A stretch of DNA of 56,864 nucleotides from Gammaproteobacteria bacterium (GCA_051275005.1 JBNMOP010000001.1:1-56864); one strand, 5' to 3'. Positions 8,895 through 17,940 are shown, counted from the first letter of the stretch. Program-made: numbers and translations. Notes: generated by a model from the letters alone, not told the origin.

Positions 8895-10616
8895 TTACTT
8901 ATGTTTAAGCCTGCTTGTTAGATCTACTACCCTTGAAATTTCTTCCAGACTGGAAGAACCATCTAGTACACGTGAACTTCCAACATCCGCTAATGGTTTA
9001 AAGCCTTTCGATACTGCCATTCTTAATAATTCTTTGGGAGTGCCATGCCTGGCAACCAGCTCATCCATATCACTGTCAAACTGCAGTATTTCTATGAGTG
9101 ACATTCTACCCTTGTACCCTTGTCCGTCACATACCTGGCATCCCTTTGCCCGATAAATTACCTGCTGCCTATCGGTAGATTTGAGATTTAATAAATTTCT
9201 CTCCAAATCCCCCATCTCAAAGGCCTCTTTGCAATGCTTGCAAAGTATTCTCACTAACCGCTGTGCGATAATGCCAATAATATTTCCGGCTAAAATATCC
9301 GGCTTTACCCCGATATCGAGCAACCTTGGAATAGCTCCCAGCGCAGAATTTGTATGCAATGTAGAGAAGACCTGGTGACCAGTCATTGCGGCCCTAAGGG
9401 CCATACTTGCAGTATCTTCATCGCGGATTTCTCCCACCAATATAATATCAGGATCCTGTCGCATTAATGATCGAATACCGCTGGCAAAGTCCAGTCGTGA
9501 TGTTTCATTTGCAGATGTCTGTCTAATCATCACTGTAGGATATTCAACAGGGTCTTCCAATGTCATTATATTGACCGATTCAGTGTTCAGATAACCCAGG
9601 ATTGAATAAAGCGTTGTCGTCTTACCACTGCCGGTAGGACCGGTAACCAGAATTATCCCTTCTGGCCGCCCTAACATTAATTTTAAGGTATTTAATTCTT
9701 CATCCTTCAGACCTAGATCATCAAGGGACACAATGCCTTTTTGACGATCCAGGATTCGTAACACAATATTTTCACCGTATACAGTAGGTAATGTCGAGAC
9801 TCTGAAATCTACCTTCCGACCAGACATCGATAAAGAGATTCGTCCATCTTGTGGCGCTCGAGTTTCAGCAATATCTAAACCTGCCATAACCTTTAGACGT
9901 ACTGCGATAGCTGACCAATAATTTTTATGCAGGCTACGTATCTGGCGTAGTACTCCATCTATCCTGTATCGAAACCGTAGAAATCCATCTTCTGGTTCGA
10001 AATGCACATCCGAGGCGCCCCGTTTTACCGCATCTGCTAATAATGCGTTTACCAACCTGACAACTGGTTGACTGTATTCATCACTTTCCGCGTCCAGACT
10101 TTGATAGTCGATCTCACCGGTTTCTATCTCCCGTAAAATGCCATCTACTGACAACTCAAATCCGTAAAATAGATCAATTGCTTTTTCTATTTCAGATTCA
10201 CCAGACAATACTGGTTGAATTTCTGCTATTCCAGCCAGATGAGCATTGAGTTGATCGATTGCCACAACATCGAAGATATCTGCCATGGCCAATGTCAGAA
10301 CCTGATCTTCCTTATTGAAATTTATTGGCAAGACCTTTAGCCTACGGGCCATGTCATTCGGTATCATGCCGACTGCGTCACTGTCCGCAATGGCAGAATT
10401 TAAATCAACACTCTCCTGACCGATGACCCCACCAATCACATCGTTTATTATTGCATCAGTTGCAAAGCCGAGGCGAACAAGAATTTTGCCAAGGTGCTCC
10501 TTGGTCTTTTTTTGTTCTGTTAGTCCAATTTCAATTTGATCTGTTGTTGTAACCCCTTTGTTTACCAGAATCTCTCCGATACGCATATGTTTGACGTGTG
10601 AGCCGGTAGGAGACAA
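8895..10616 (-). CDS. GspE/PilB/MshE-family secretion ATPase with MshEN-like N-terminal domain
   Basis: Walker A GPTGSGKTTT, Walker B ILVGEIRD, His box GHQVFSTLHTN, and tetracysteine CKHC...CQVCDGQGYKGR. N-terminal tandem RIGEILVNKGV...Q and HLGKILVRLGF...Q motifs. The track start is TTG; ATG at 10586 is an alternative. Confidence 0.92.
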   Translation of the reverse strand: MSPTGSHVKHMRIGEILVNKGVTTTDQIEIGLTEQKKTKEHLGKILVRLGFATDAIINDVIGGVIGQESVDLNSAIADSDAVGMIPNDMARRLKVLPINFNKEDQVLTLAMADIFDVVAIDQLNAHLAGIAEIQPVLSGESEIEKAIDLFYGFELSVDGILREIETGEIDYQSLDAESDEYSQPVVRLVNALLADAVKRGASDVHFEPEDGFLRFRYRIDGVLRQIRSLHKNYWSAIAVRLKVMAGLDIAETRAPQDGRISLSMSGRKVDFRVSTLPTVYGENIVLRILDRQKGIVSLDDLGLKDEELNTLKLMLGRPEGIILVTGPTGSGKTTTLYSILGYLNTESVNIMTLEDPVEYPTVMIRQTSANETSRLDFASGIRSLMRQDPDIILVGEIRDEDTASMALRAAMTGHQVFSTLHTNSALGAIPRLLDIGVKPDILAGNIIGIIAQRLVRILCKHCKEAFEMGDLERNLLNLKSTDRQQVIYRAKGCQVCDGQGYKGRMSLIEILQFDSDMDELVARHGTPKELLRMAVSKGFKPLADVGSSRVLDGSSSLEEISRVVDLTSRLKHK

Positions 10617-10617
10617 C

Positions 10618-12327
10618 TTAGTTACCCGTGCTCAGGGAGTTTATTCGATCCTGAATATTTACAGTATTAAATCCAGCAGGTGTAATTTTAGCAAGGTCGA
10701 TCGCAGTTTTATAATAATCCAATGCGGGTTGTGTTTGACCAAGCCGGTCAAGACTTATTGCCAGATTTAAGGCAAAATCAGGATTACTTGAGTCCAATCT
10801 ATATGCGTCAAAAAAAGCCTGTTGTGCCTCTGACCAGCTGGCCCTGCTAGCATTAAGTTTACCAAGTGTGAAAAAAAGCAAAGGCTGGTCCGGGGCATCG
10901 AACAACATTGTTTTTATTGCACTGATTGATTCGGTAACACTATTTCCATACTCGAACCCCAATACTGCAGCCCTGGCAATATTGTCCAGGGGGTTTTGTC
11001 TTAATATTTGAATATAAAGATTCAATGCCGTATCCATATCACCTTTTCGGGTAGAGATCGCTGCTAACCCTAATAATACATCCCTGTTATCCGGTATTAT
11101 TTCTTCTGCTTGCAGGTAAATGGCTTCAGCCCTCGAGTATTCGCCTGCCCGATAGGCAATATATGCCTCTTTTATTAGTTGGTTATCACCAGACCGCGGT
11201 TGAGATCGAGTAATCTTAACTAACGATGATGGCGGTACGATAACTTTCGGTAAAGTCGCGGTATCCTCAAGGCCTAATCCGAAGCTATCCTGTGTAGCTG
11301 CAATTGAACTTTCCAGATCATTCGTGTCTGTTATTTGATTATCCGCTTCAGGATCAGCGATATCGGTTACAGTATCAGTAACCATTGATTCATCGATAGT
11401 TTCCTCATCTGTGATGCCATCTGATCCAATATCGCCGTTTGGAGTTAACCCATCTGTCGCAGTTTGAGCACTCGGATCCTGTGAAAGAACCGTAATTGGG
11501 GCAAGTTTATTGACGCCTGCATTACTGATTATCGTTTCCACTCCTCGCGCTACTAAGGGAGAAGGCATATCACGGGATATCGGTATCACTGAGTAGTAAT
11601 AAACAATAATTGCTGAACCTACTGCAAATATCGCAAACGTTACAAGTAACCACCTCAAAACCGATGATGGTTTAGCAATTGTATTAGTTGCTGTAAATAT
11701 GGTTTGTGCAGCTACGGGTGTAGGTTGGTCAGGAGTACCAATATCCTTGGCAAGTTGCGCCGCGAGTACCCCAGGTAATGTTTCATCATATGACTTATGA
11801 TAATCTTCAGATTTAAAGGGCTCACCCTGAAGCGTGTCTTCGTAAAGTTCAGAACTGAATGTCTTATCCAGGTCCACCTCATGTAAGGTCTGTTGAGGGT
11901 TCATATCCGGAGCTTGTGGAATCTCAGCAACCTCAAGTTCTCGGGTTATCTCAAGTTTCTTATGTTCACCTGTGGTGGTTATAGGCTGTTCTATGGCCTG
12001 GGTTACATCTTCAAAACTATCCTCCATGATCTCTTCGACTTCGGGCTTTGGTAGTGTAAATTTTTCGGGATCGTCTTTTTCTGTTGAACCTTGCTCCAAA
12101 CCGGCTTCAATTGGTTCAAGTGAAAGATCCAGCGAGGATTTATCAGATGATAAGTCTGCCTGCACTGGTAAAGAATTATTTGTAGAATTTAAATCTTGAT
12201 TGGGACCAGTCGCCTCAGCAGAATTCTGTTGAACCTGAATCTCACTATCTTCTGTCAGGTTGCGCTTGTTGGCGGCATCCTTTTTATCCTGCTCCGCCTT
12301 TTTTAAGGCATCCATCAACAGGCTCAT
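10618..12327 (-). CDS. GspB/MshN-like TPR protein (bitopic, acidic disordered linkers)
   Basis: N-terminus MSLLMDALKKAEQDKK is of the GspB/ExeB/MshN type. It is followed by an acidic low-complexity region, a TM (WLLVTFAIFAVGSAIIVYYYSVI) and C-terminal TPR-like repeats (AYRAGEYSRAEAIYLQA..., ALNLYIQILRQNP..., ALDYYKTAIDL). Confidence 0.65.
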   Translation of the reverse strand: MSLLMDALKKAEQDKKDAANKRNLTEDSEIQVQQNSAEATGPNQDLNSTNNSLPVQADLSSDKSSLDLSLEPIEAGLEQGSTEKDDPEKFTLPKPEVEEIMEDSFEDVTQAIEQPITTTGEHKKLEITRELEVAEIPQAPDMNPQQTLHEVDLDKTFSSELYEDTLQGEPFKSEDYHKSYDETLPGVLAAQLAKDIGTPDQPTPVAAQTIFTATNTIAKPSSVLRWLLVTFAIFAVGSAIIVYYYSVIPISRDMPSPLVARGVETIISNAGVNKLAPITVLSQDPSAQTATDGLTPNGDIGSDGITDEETIDESMVTDTVTDIADPEADNQITDTNDLESSIAATQDSFGLGLEDTATLPKVIVPPSSLVKITRSQPRSGDNQLIKEAYIAYRAGEYSRAEAIYLQAEEIIPDNRDVLLGLAAISTRKGDMDTALNLYIQILRQNPLDNIARAAVLGFEYGNSVTESISAIKTMLFDAPDQPLLFFTLGKLNASRASWSEAQQAFFDAYRLDSSNPDFALNLAISLDRLGQTQPALDYYKTAIDLAKITPAGFNTVNIQDRINSLSTGN

Positions 12328-12329
12328 TT

Positions 12330-13955
12330 TTACTGCTCCTGACTTCCTGTGTTTCCCGGACTATAAGCCGATGATTCAAGATATTTTCGAAAATCCTTCA
12401 GGTCGCCATCGATACTTGCGTTCTTAATTACAACTGGTCTTAGAAATATTACCAGTTCAGTTTTTAGTGATTCCTGATTTTGAGATTTAAACAAATTACC
12501 TATTATGGGGAGATCCGCCGCAAAAGGCGTCTTTTTATCCTGAGTCCGCAAGGTATCCTGCATCAATCCACCAAGTACCGCCACCTGGTTGGTGTTTATT
12601 TTCAGGATAGATTCCATTTCACGGACCCTGATTACAGGGATCCTGTTAGCAATAGTTAATGTCGGGTTAGGATCGAGTTCTGTCCTGACCACAGAAGAAA
12701 TAGTGGGCCTGACATTAAACGTCACACTATCATCATCACTAATTTGAGGAGTGACCGTCAGAACCAGACCCACAGGAACTGTTTGTGCTGTCGTGGTTGT
12801 GGCCACAGTCGCCGAACCCCCAATTGCTGTACTTGGTTCAATTTCCTGGGTTACTTCAAAGTAAACAAAATTTTCGACTACCTTTAATACCGCAGTATGA
12901 TTATTCAATACCATGATTTGTGGGCTGGATAAGACACGCGTATCACCAAATTCGGATAACAGGCTAATCGCTGCAGATATTTGCTCACCACTACCGGAGG
13001 GAGCATTGTAATTTAAAACCATGGAAGAACTGGTAATCGGTGGGCCTGCCAATGCACCAGGTGCTCCACCAAGCAAGTTAGATGCGATGCTAAATCCTCG
13101 GCTATTCAGATCAAGTACTGACCAGTCAATTCCTGCCTGAAACTGATCGCTCAGATCAACCTCTACTATAGTTGCCTGTACCAATACCTGTCTTTGGACA
13201 CGTTCCAGAATCTGGTCGATGAGGCGCTGTACTTGTTGGTGCTTGAATGCAGTTGTTCGCACCGAAATAATTCCGCTTTCCGGATTTGATGTCACGGCAT
13301 CTTCCGCTGACGTGTCGGACTCAGGATCGGTAATTACAGCAATAATACTAAGTCTCAAGTTTTCCCAGAATTGATGGCTGGATTCAGAAGAGATTGATGT
13401 GGTTGAGGTATTGCTTCCGCCGCCCCCTCCGTCACCACCGGATGAACCCGAGGCAATTGCAGTTGAAACCGTCACAGTCCCGGTAGTATCGCGAGAAAGA
13501 TTTAAATAGCCGATATTATATGTGCGGACAAAATCAGTATCAGGTGAAATAATAAGATTATTATCAATAAATTCGTATCGAAGACTAACCTGCCTGGCCA
13601 CACGATTGAGGATCTGTGGTAGTGTCTGGTCCACGGCATTAATTGTTACTACCCCGACAATTTCAGGGTGAATATCTATATTTATTTCCGCATCCCTGGC
13701 AAGGGCAAATAATAGCTCTTTAACAGGTACTTCATTTACGACCACGGTATATTTAGCCTCTTCTGTCAGCTGTTCGGGCTCAGGTAAAATCGAGGTTTGC
13801 TGGATAATATCAGGAATATTAGATTGAGGAATTACAGGCGTTGCTGGGATGTGACCTGTTGATGGCTCTAGCGGTTGTGGCGTTATCTCTGCGCAACCAT
13901 ACATTGTTACTACAATCAGTAATAATGAAATTGTCTTATTCATTTTCCACATCAT
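12330..13955 (-). CDS. Secretin, MshL-like lipoprotein secretin
   Basis: Signal/lipobox-like MNKTISLLLIVVTMYGC. Gly/Ser-rich spacer after the N-domain (ASGSSGGDGGGGGSNTS..SHQFWENL). Conserved secretin C-domain (VLSSPQIMVLNN..., PIIGNLFKSQNQESLKTELVIFLRPVVI). ATG at 13943 is an alternative start. Confidence 0.9.
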   Translation of the reverse strand: MMWKMNKTISLLLIVVTMYGCAEITPQPLEPSTGHIPATPVIPQSNIPDIIQQTSILPEPEQLTEEAKYTVVVNEVPVKELLFALARDAEINIDIHPEIVGVVTINAVDQTLPQILNRVARQVSLRYEFIDNNLIISPDTDFVRTYNIGYLNLSRDTTGTVTVSTAIASGSSGGDGGGGGSNTSTTSISSESSHQFWENLRLSIIAVITDPESDTSAEDAVTSNPESGIISVRTTAFKHQQVQRLIDQILERVQRQVLVQATIVEVDLSDQFQAGIDWSVLDLNSRGFSIASNLLGGAPGALAGPPITSSSMVLNYNAPSGSGEQISAAISLLSEFGDTRVLSSPQIMVLNNHTAVLKVVENFVYFEVTQEIEPSTAIGGSATVATTTTAQTVPVGLVLTVTPQISDDDSVTFNVRPTISSVVRTELDPNPTLTIANRIPVIRVREMESILKINTNQVAVLGGLMQDTLRTQDKKTPFAADLPIIGNLFKSQNQESLKTELVIFLRPVVIKNASIDGDLKDFRKYLESSAYSPGNTGSQEQ

Positions 13956-13962
13956 CTATTTA

Positions 13963-13984
13963 TCATTGCAATAACTATACCCAA
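13963..13984 (-). promoter_or_regulatory. Candidate sigma-54 (-24/-12) promoter upstream of the secretin gene
   Basis: The minus strand reads TTGGGTATAGTTATTGCAATGA. GG and GC have the canonical spacing and the -12 element is TTGCA. It lies in the only sizeable gap (70 nt) of the operon, downstream of a sigma-54 activator gene. The -24 element is imperfect (GGGTAT versus TGGCAC), and the predicted transcription start would be very close to the start codon. Confidence 0.25.
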
Positions 13985-14025
13985 CTCACTAAGTGAAAGA
14001 TATATACATTCCATCTCTTTCAAAA

Positions 14026-15480
14026 CTATAAGTTTTCTGTGGTCCATATCGGCCGATATATAAAAGACCAACATCGGTCACAAATGTCGCTTTCTGGAGA
14101 CGTTTTTTGGAGATCTACAGATTCTGGAGGAAGGATATCGAGCTGACGCTGAAGTGCGGCTGTTTCACTGACCGTCAGACGGGAATCGCCCCTATCCTGT
14201 AATCGGAAAACCACTGTCATCCCCAGCAGTTGATCTTCCACATCATGTTCCTTAGATATCCCTATTAAATTTGGAACCTGTAGAGTCTTATGTTGCACGG
14301 AATTTGTATCAGGATTTACCGCTATTACATCCACGTCTGCTTTGTACATATCTGGATTAATGGCGGTTTCAGTAGTTGATACTGTGGTTGATGAAACTGC
14401 TTGTGTAACAACATTGGAAACCTCATTATTGATGCTATCTGGTATCTGTTGTGTTATTCGTTCCTCTATGACAGTCGAATTTTTAACAGGGACCGGTGGC
14501 AAGATATCAATCTGATGTATAGTTTCATCTGAACTATTCGCCCCACTTGTATTGATTTGTTGTACCTGTCCATTGGTGGATTGCCGAAAAATAAAATAAC
14601 TGCTGACCGCTAATACCGCTACCAAAGTCGCTGCTGTTATCACAATAGGTAATTTTACCCTACTAGTACTGGGTATGAATTCTGAATCTCGCGCTGCCAG
14701 TCGTGTGTGTTTTATATTTACCTGACGGGCATTGTCTGCATATGCTGCCAACAGAGATTTATCTGCCAGTATATTAATTCGCCTAAGCAATCCTTCTGAG
14801 TAGGACTCTATCTGCTTAATAGCGGAATCATCAAACAAATCTCCCGCACGGTATCCACAGGCACGAATTCGCGTATTTAAATACTCACGAATATCATTTG
14901 TTTTAAATGGTGTGAGATCAAAGCTATAGGTAATGCGTTCCTTCAACTGCCTAATCTCAGGTTGTGAAATCATTACATCAAGTTCTGGCTGACCAAACAA
15001 TACTATTTGCAACAATTTGCTTTGTTGCGTTTCCAGATTAGTGAGTAAGCGAATTTCTTCCAATGTTGCAATCGGCATACTCTGGGCTTCCTCAACAAAG
15101 ACAACTACCTGCCTGTTTTCACTGTGTTTTTGCAAAAGATATTGTTGCAGCACATTCATAACCTCAAACCTGGAGGTATCTGGTTTTACATCAAGCTTTA
15201 ATTCAAACGCAATTGCATGTAATGTATTTTCAGGAGATATACTGGGGTTCATCATGTATACCACTTCAATATTGTCTGGTAATTCTTTCTCTAACATGCG
15301 ACACAACATCGTTTTACCGCTGCCCACTTCACCAACGACCTTTACAATGCCTTCACCATTTTGGATTGCATACACGAGGGCATCCAGGATGGCACCTCGA
15401 TTACCGCCGGCATAAAACAGGTTTGTATCCGGTGTTATGCGGAATGGCGGTTGGTCTAATCCGAAATAATCATAGTACAT
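14026..15480 (-). CDS. ExeA/GspA/MshM-family AAA+ ATPase with TM and C-terminal extension
   Basis: Walker A GEVGSGKTMLCR and Walker B-like VVVFVEEAQ. N-terminus YYDYFGLDQPPFRITPD is typical of ExeA/MshM. TM LPIVITAATLVAVLAVSSYFIF is followed by ~185 aa of Ser/Thr-rich periplasmic tail with no obvious peptidoglycan-binding motif. Confidence 0.85.
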   Translation of the reverse strand: MYYDYFGLDQPPFRITPDTNLFYAGGNRGAILDALVYAIQNGEGIVKVVGEVGSGKTMLCRMLEKELPDNIEVVYMMNPSISPENTLHAIAFELKLDVKPDTSRFEVMNVLQQYLLQKHSENRQVVVFVEEAQSMPIATLEEIRLLTNLETQQSKLLQIVLFGQPELDVMISQPEIRQLKERITYSFDLTPFKTNDIREYLNTRIRACGYRAGDLFDDSAIKQIESYSEGLLRRINILADKSLLAAYADNARQVNIKHTRLAARDSEFIPSTSRVKLPIVITAATLVAVLAVSSYFIFRQSTNGQVQQINTSGANSSDETIHQIDILPPVPVKNSTVIEERITQQIPDSINNEVSNVVTQAVSSTTVSTTETAINPDMYKADVDVIAVNPDTNSVQHKTLQVPNLIGISKEHDVEDQLLGMTVVFRLQDRGDSRLTVSETAALQRQLDILPPESVDLQKTSPESDICDRCWSFIYRPIWTTENL

Positions 15481-15484
15481 AATG

Positions 15485-16882
15485 TTAAGGTATCTTTATT
15501 GAAAGCCTCTGAAGCCTACTATAGAGAGTAGTGCGATTAATGCCCAGATATCTTGCTGCTTTACTTAAATTTCCTCCACTCATTTCCAGTGCAGTGTTTA
15601 TATAACGCCTTTCCCATTCACTCAGGTTATTTTCCAGGCTAAATTCCTTCTCCAACATCTCTTGTTTAAGTGATTCTGTATACTCACCAACCAACTCAGA
15701 ATTAACCTCGTAGGTTTGTGATTCAAGTTCATTATTAAGCTGATCAATTTTGACTTTAACGCCAGGATATTTTGAATTAAGGCGTATACAAATATTGCGT
15801 AATTCTCTAACATTTCCTGGAAAAGAATAATTACTTATTCTCTGCTCAGCCTGATCATCCAGCTCAAATGGATTGTTATTTATCGCATAGAGTATTTTAA
15901 AATGTTCCATTAGTAACAAACTATCAGTATCACGCTCTCTTAGTGGCGGTACATTAATAGTCAATACACTTAACCTGTGATACAAGTCTTGTCTGAATCG
16001 ACCTGTTCTTACCTCCTCTCTAACGTCCCGATTGGTTACGGCTATAATCCGCGCCCTGGAAACCCTTACGGCAGTTTCACCCAATCGATAATACTCACCG
16101 TTTTCCAGAACTCTTAATAACTTAGACTGCAGCTCCACTGGCATTTCACCTATCTCATCCAGAACCAGACTGCCATCACCACTGTCTTCAAAGAAACCTG
16201 CAACTGTCTTGGTTGCCCCGGTATAGGCCCCCTTGGCATATCCGAATAGCTGAGCTTCAAGTAATTCAGATGAAAACGCAGCACAGTTTATAGTTAGAAA
16301 GGGTGCTTTTGCTCTTGCACTTTGCTCATGTATAAATTTTGAAACTAACTCCTTACCGCTGCCGGACTCCCCTTCTATAAGCACAGGAAATGGCGTATTT
16401 GCGAACTGTTTTATTATTTCGTGTAGTGTTTTTATCGCCTGACTTTCCCCAAGCAGACTTTTTCCACTTGACGCACCTGCCTCTTGTATTTGTTCTGCGT
16501 CCAGCATCATTTGCTGATGTTTTAATCGGGATCGTAATAACGGTATGTCACATGGCTTCGATACAAAATCCACAGCCCCTAATGTCAAGGCATGCTGGAT
16601 ATTAGTCGTTTCATTCTGTCCGGATAAAACCAGGATTTTAATGTCGGAATTAAAGACAAGTAGCTCTTGTATCAGTTTAAATCCTTCATCAGGATGATGT
16701 GAATGAGGCGGTAAGCCAAGGTCTATCAATGCAATTGATGGGATTTTATCCAGCTTTCTGATAAGTTTTTTGGTCTGCTCACGGCTCTCTGCCGCATATA
16801 CAATAAATTCATCTTCCAGGGCAATAGTAAGCGTCTCCACAATAAGTGGATCATCATCAACAAATAGGATTTCGGTCATCAT
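15485..16882 (-). CDS. Sigma-54-dependent response regulator (NtrC/AtoC/PrsR-like bacterial enhancer-binding protein)
   Basis: REC domain (FVDDDP..., acceptor IALIDLGLPP). AAA+ sigma-54 module (GESGSGKE, GAFTGA-type loop GAYTGA, ESELFGH-like AQLFGY, GNVRELRN). C-terminal Fis-type HTH (SKAARYLGINRTTLYSRL). The track start at 16894 is TTG; ATG at 16882 is listed here. Confidence 0.9.
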   Translation of the reverse strand: MMTEILFVDDDPLIVETLTIALEDEFIVYAAESREQTKKLIRKLDKIPSIALIDLGLPPHSHHPDEGFKLIQELLVFNSDIKILVLSGQNETTNIQHALTLGAVDFVSKPCDIPLLRSRLKHQQMMLDAEQIQEAGASSGKSLLGESQAIKTLHEIIKQFANTPFPVLIEGESGSGKELVSKFIHEQSARAKAPFLTINCAAFSSELLEAQLFGYAKGAYTGATKTVAGFFEDSGDGSLVLDEIGEMPVELQSKLLRVLENGEYYRLGETAVRVSRARIIAVTNRDVREEVRTGRFRQDLYHRLSVLTINVPPLRERDTDSLLLMEHFKILYAINNNPFELDDQAEQRISNYSFPGNVRELRNICIRLNSKYPGVKVKIDQLNNELESQTYEVNSELVGEYTESLKQEMLEKEFSLENNLSEWERRYINTALEMSGGNLSKAARYLGINRTTLYSRLQRLSIKIP

Positions 16883-17019
16883 TTTGTTTTGCAAAGATGT
16901 TTAGTCTTAGATCCAAGAGGAGTCATTGGCTCAAAATACAACCATGTTTGGAGCACTACAAGTGGCAGTATCGATTTTGTATGATAAAACGATGTTTCTT
17001 GGCTCAATTTACATCTTAC

Positions 17020-17886
17020 TTACGGCGATCTGGTTCCACTAATTCCAAGGTTTTCCCAGATTTTCTCAACAGCAAGATGACGGTTCATGGAATAAAAATG
17101 CAGACCAGGAGCACCATGGGACAGTAATTCCGAACATATCTCAGTAACAACCTCCAGACCAAACTGCCTGATTGAGTCCAGATCATCTCCATACCCTTCA
17201 AGACGTCTTAGTATCCATAACGGTATTTCAGCCCCACAAACATTGGAAAAGCGTACAAGCTGATCGCGGTTGGTAATAGGCATTATTCCTGGAACTATGG
17301 GCAAATCGATATCCAGTTTTTCACAGCTATCAAGAAAGCGAAAATAGGAGTAGGGGTTAAAAAAATATTGGGTAATTGCGCTGTTAGCACCAGCATCCAC
17401 CTTTCGTTTAAAATTTTCCAGGTCTTTATTGGCACTAATTGCTTGTGGATGAAATTCTGGATAGCACGCTACATCGATATAAAAATAATCTCCGGTCTGC
17501 TTTCGAATAAATTCCACTAATTCATTTGCATGATTAAGAGGCCCATTACCCAATCCACCTGAGGGTGAATCTCCTCGCAATACAACTAACTGATTCAACC
17601 CATGCTCTTTATACGTTAAAAGGACGTCTAGAATCGCGTCAATTGAATAACCAATACAAGAGACATGTGGTGCTACGGAAACACCTGTCATTTTCTTGAT
17701 AGAAATGGCTGTTTCTAACGTTTTATCACGAGTACTACCACCCGCCCCAAAGGTAACGGAAAAATAATCTGGCTTAAGTCTTGAGAGTTTTTCCTGTGTG
17801 GCAGACAAAACTTCCTCAGCCTCTGCAGATCGAGGTGGAAAAAACTCAAAACTGAATTTTTTCGTATATTGAGAGGGGGTAGACAT
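17020..17886 (-). CDS. metF: 5,10-methylenetetrahydrofolate reductase
   Basis: FSFEFFPPRS... and overall MetF-like sequence, 288 aa. In a methyl-cycle cluster with ahcY and metK. Confidence 0.9.
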   Translation of the reverse strand: MSTPSQYTKKFSFEFFPPRSAEAEEVLSATQEKLSRLKPDYFSVTFGAGGSTRDKTLETAISIKKMTGVSVAPHVSCIGYSIDAILDVLLTYKEHGLNQLVVLRGDSPSGGLGNGPLNHANELVEFIRKQTGDYFYIDVACYPEFHPQAISANKDLENFKRKVDAGANSAITQYFFNPYSYFRFLDSCEKLDIDLPIVPGIMPITNRDQLVRFSNVCGAEIPLWILRRLEGYGDDLDSIRQFGLEVVTEICSELLSHGAPGLHFYSMNRHLAVEKIWENLGISGTRSP

Positions 17887-17896
17887 GTTATTTCGG

Positions 17897-17940
17897 CACT
17901 CGGGTTATTAGCCCTGAGTCCCGAGCGCCGAGTCCCGAGT
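17897..17940. repeat. GC-rich intercistronic repeat/hairpin (2x GAGTCCCGAG plus inverted ACTCGGG)
   Basis: Direct copies of GAGTCCCGAG at 17916..17925 and 17930..17939. An inverted CACTCGGG at 17897..17904 can pair with either copy. Sits in the 59-nt ahcY-metF spacer. Confidence 0.5.

Noticed and set aside
13377-13454. The Gly/Ser-rich insert (ASGSSGGDGGGGGSNTSTTSISSESS) in the secretin as a novel feature.
   Set aside because: As far as I recall, a low-complexity Ser/Gly spacer followed by an F-W motif at this position is typical of MshL-type secretins. I used it as supporting evidence for the family call instead.
2099-16894. The idea that the filament locus is a horizontally acquired genomic island.
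   Set aside because: No flanking tRNA, integrase, transposase or direct repeats are present, and I see no obvious shift in base composition or codon style by eye. Compositional statistics would be needed before making the claim.
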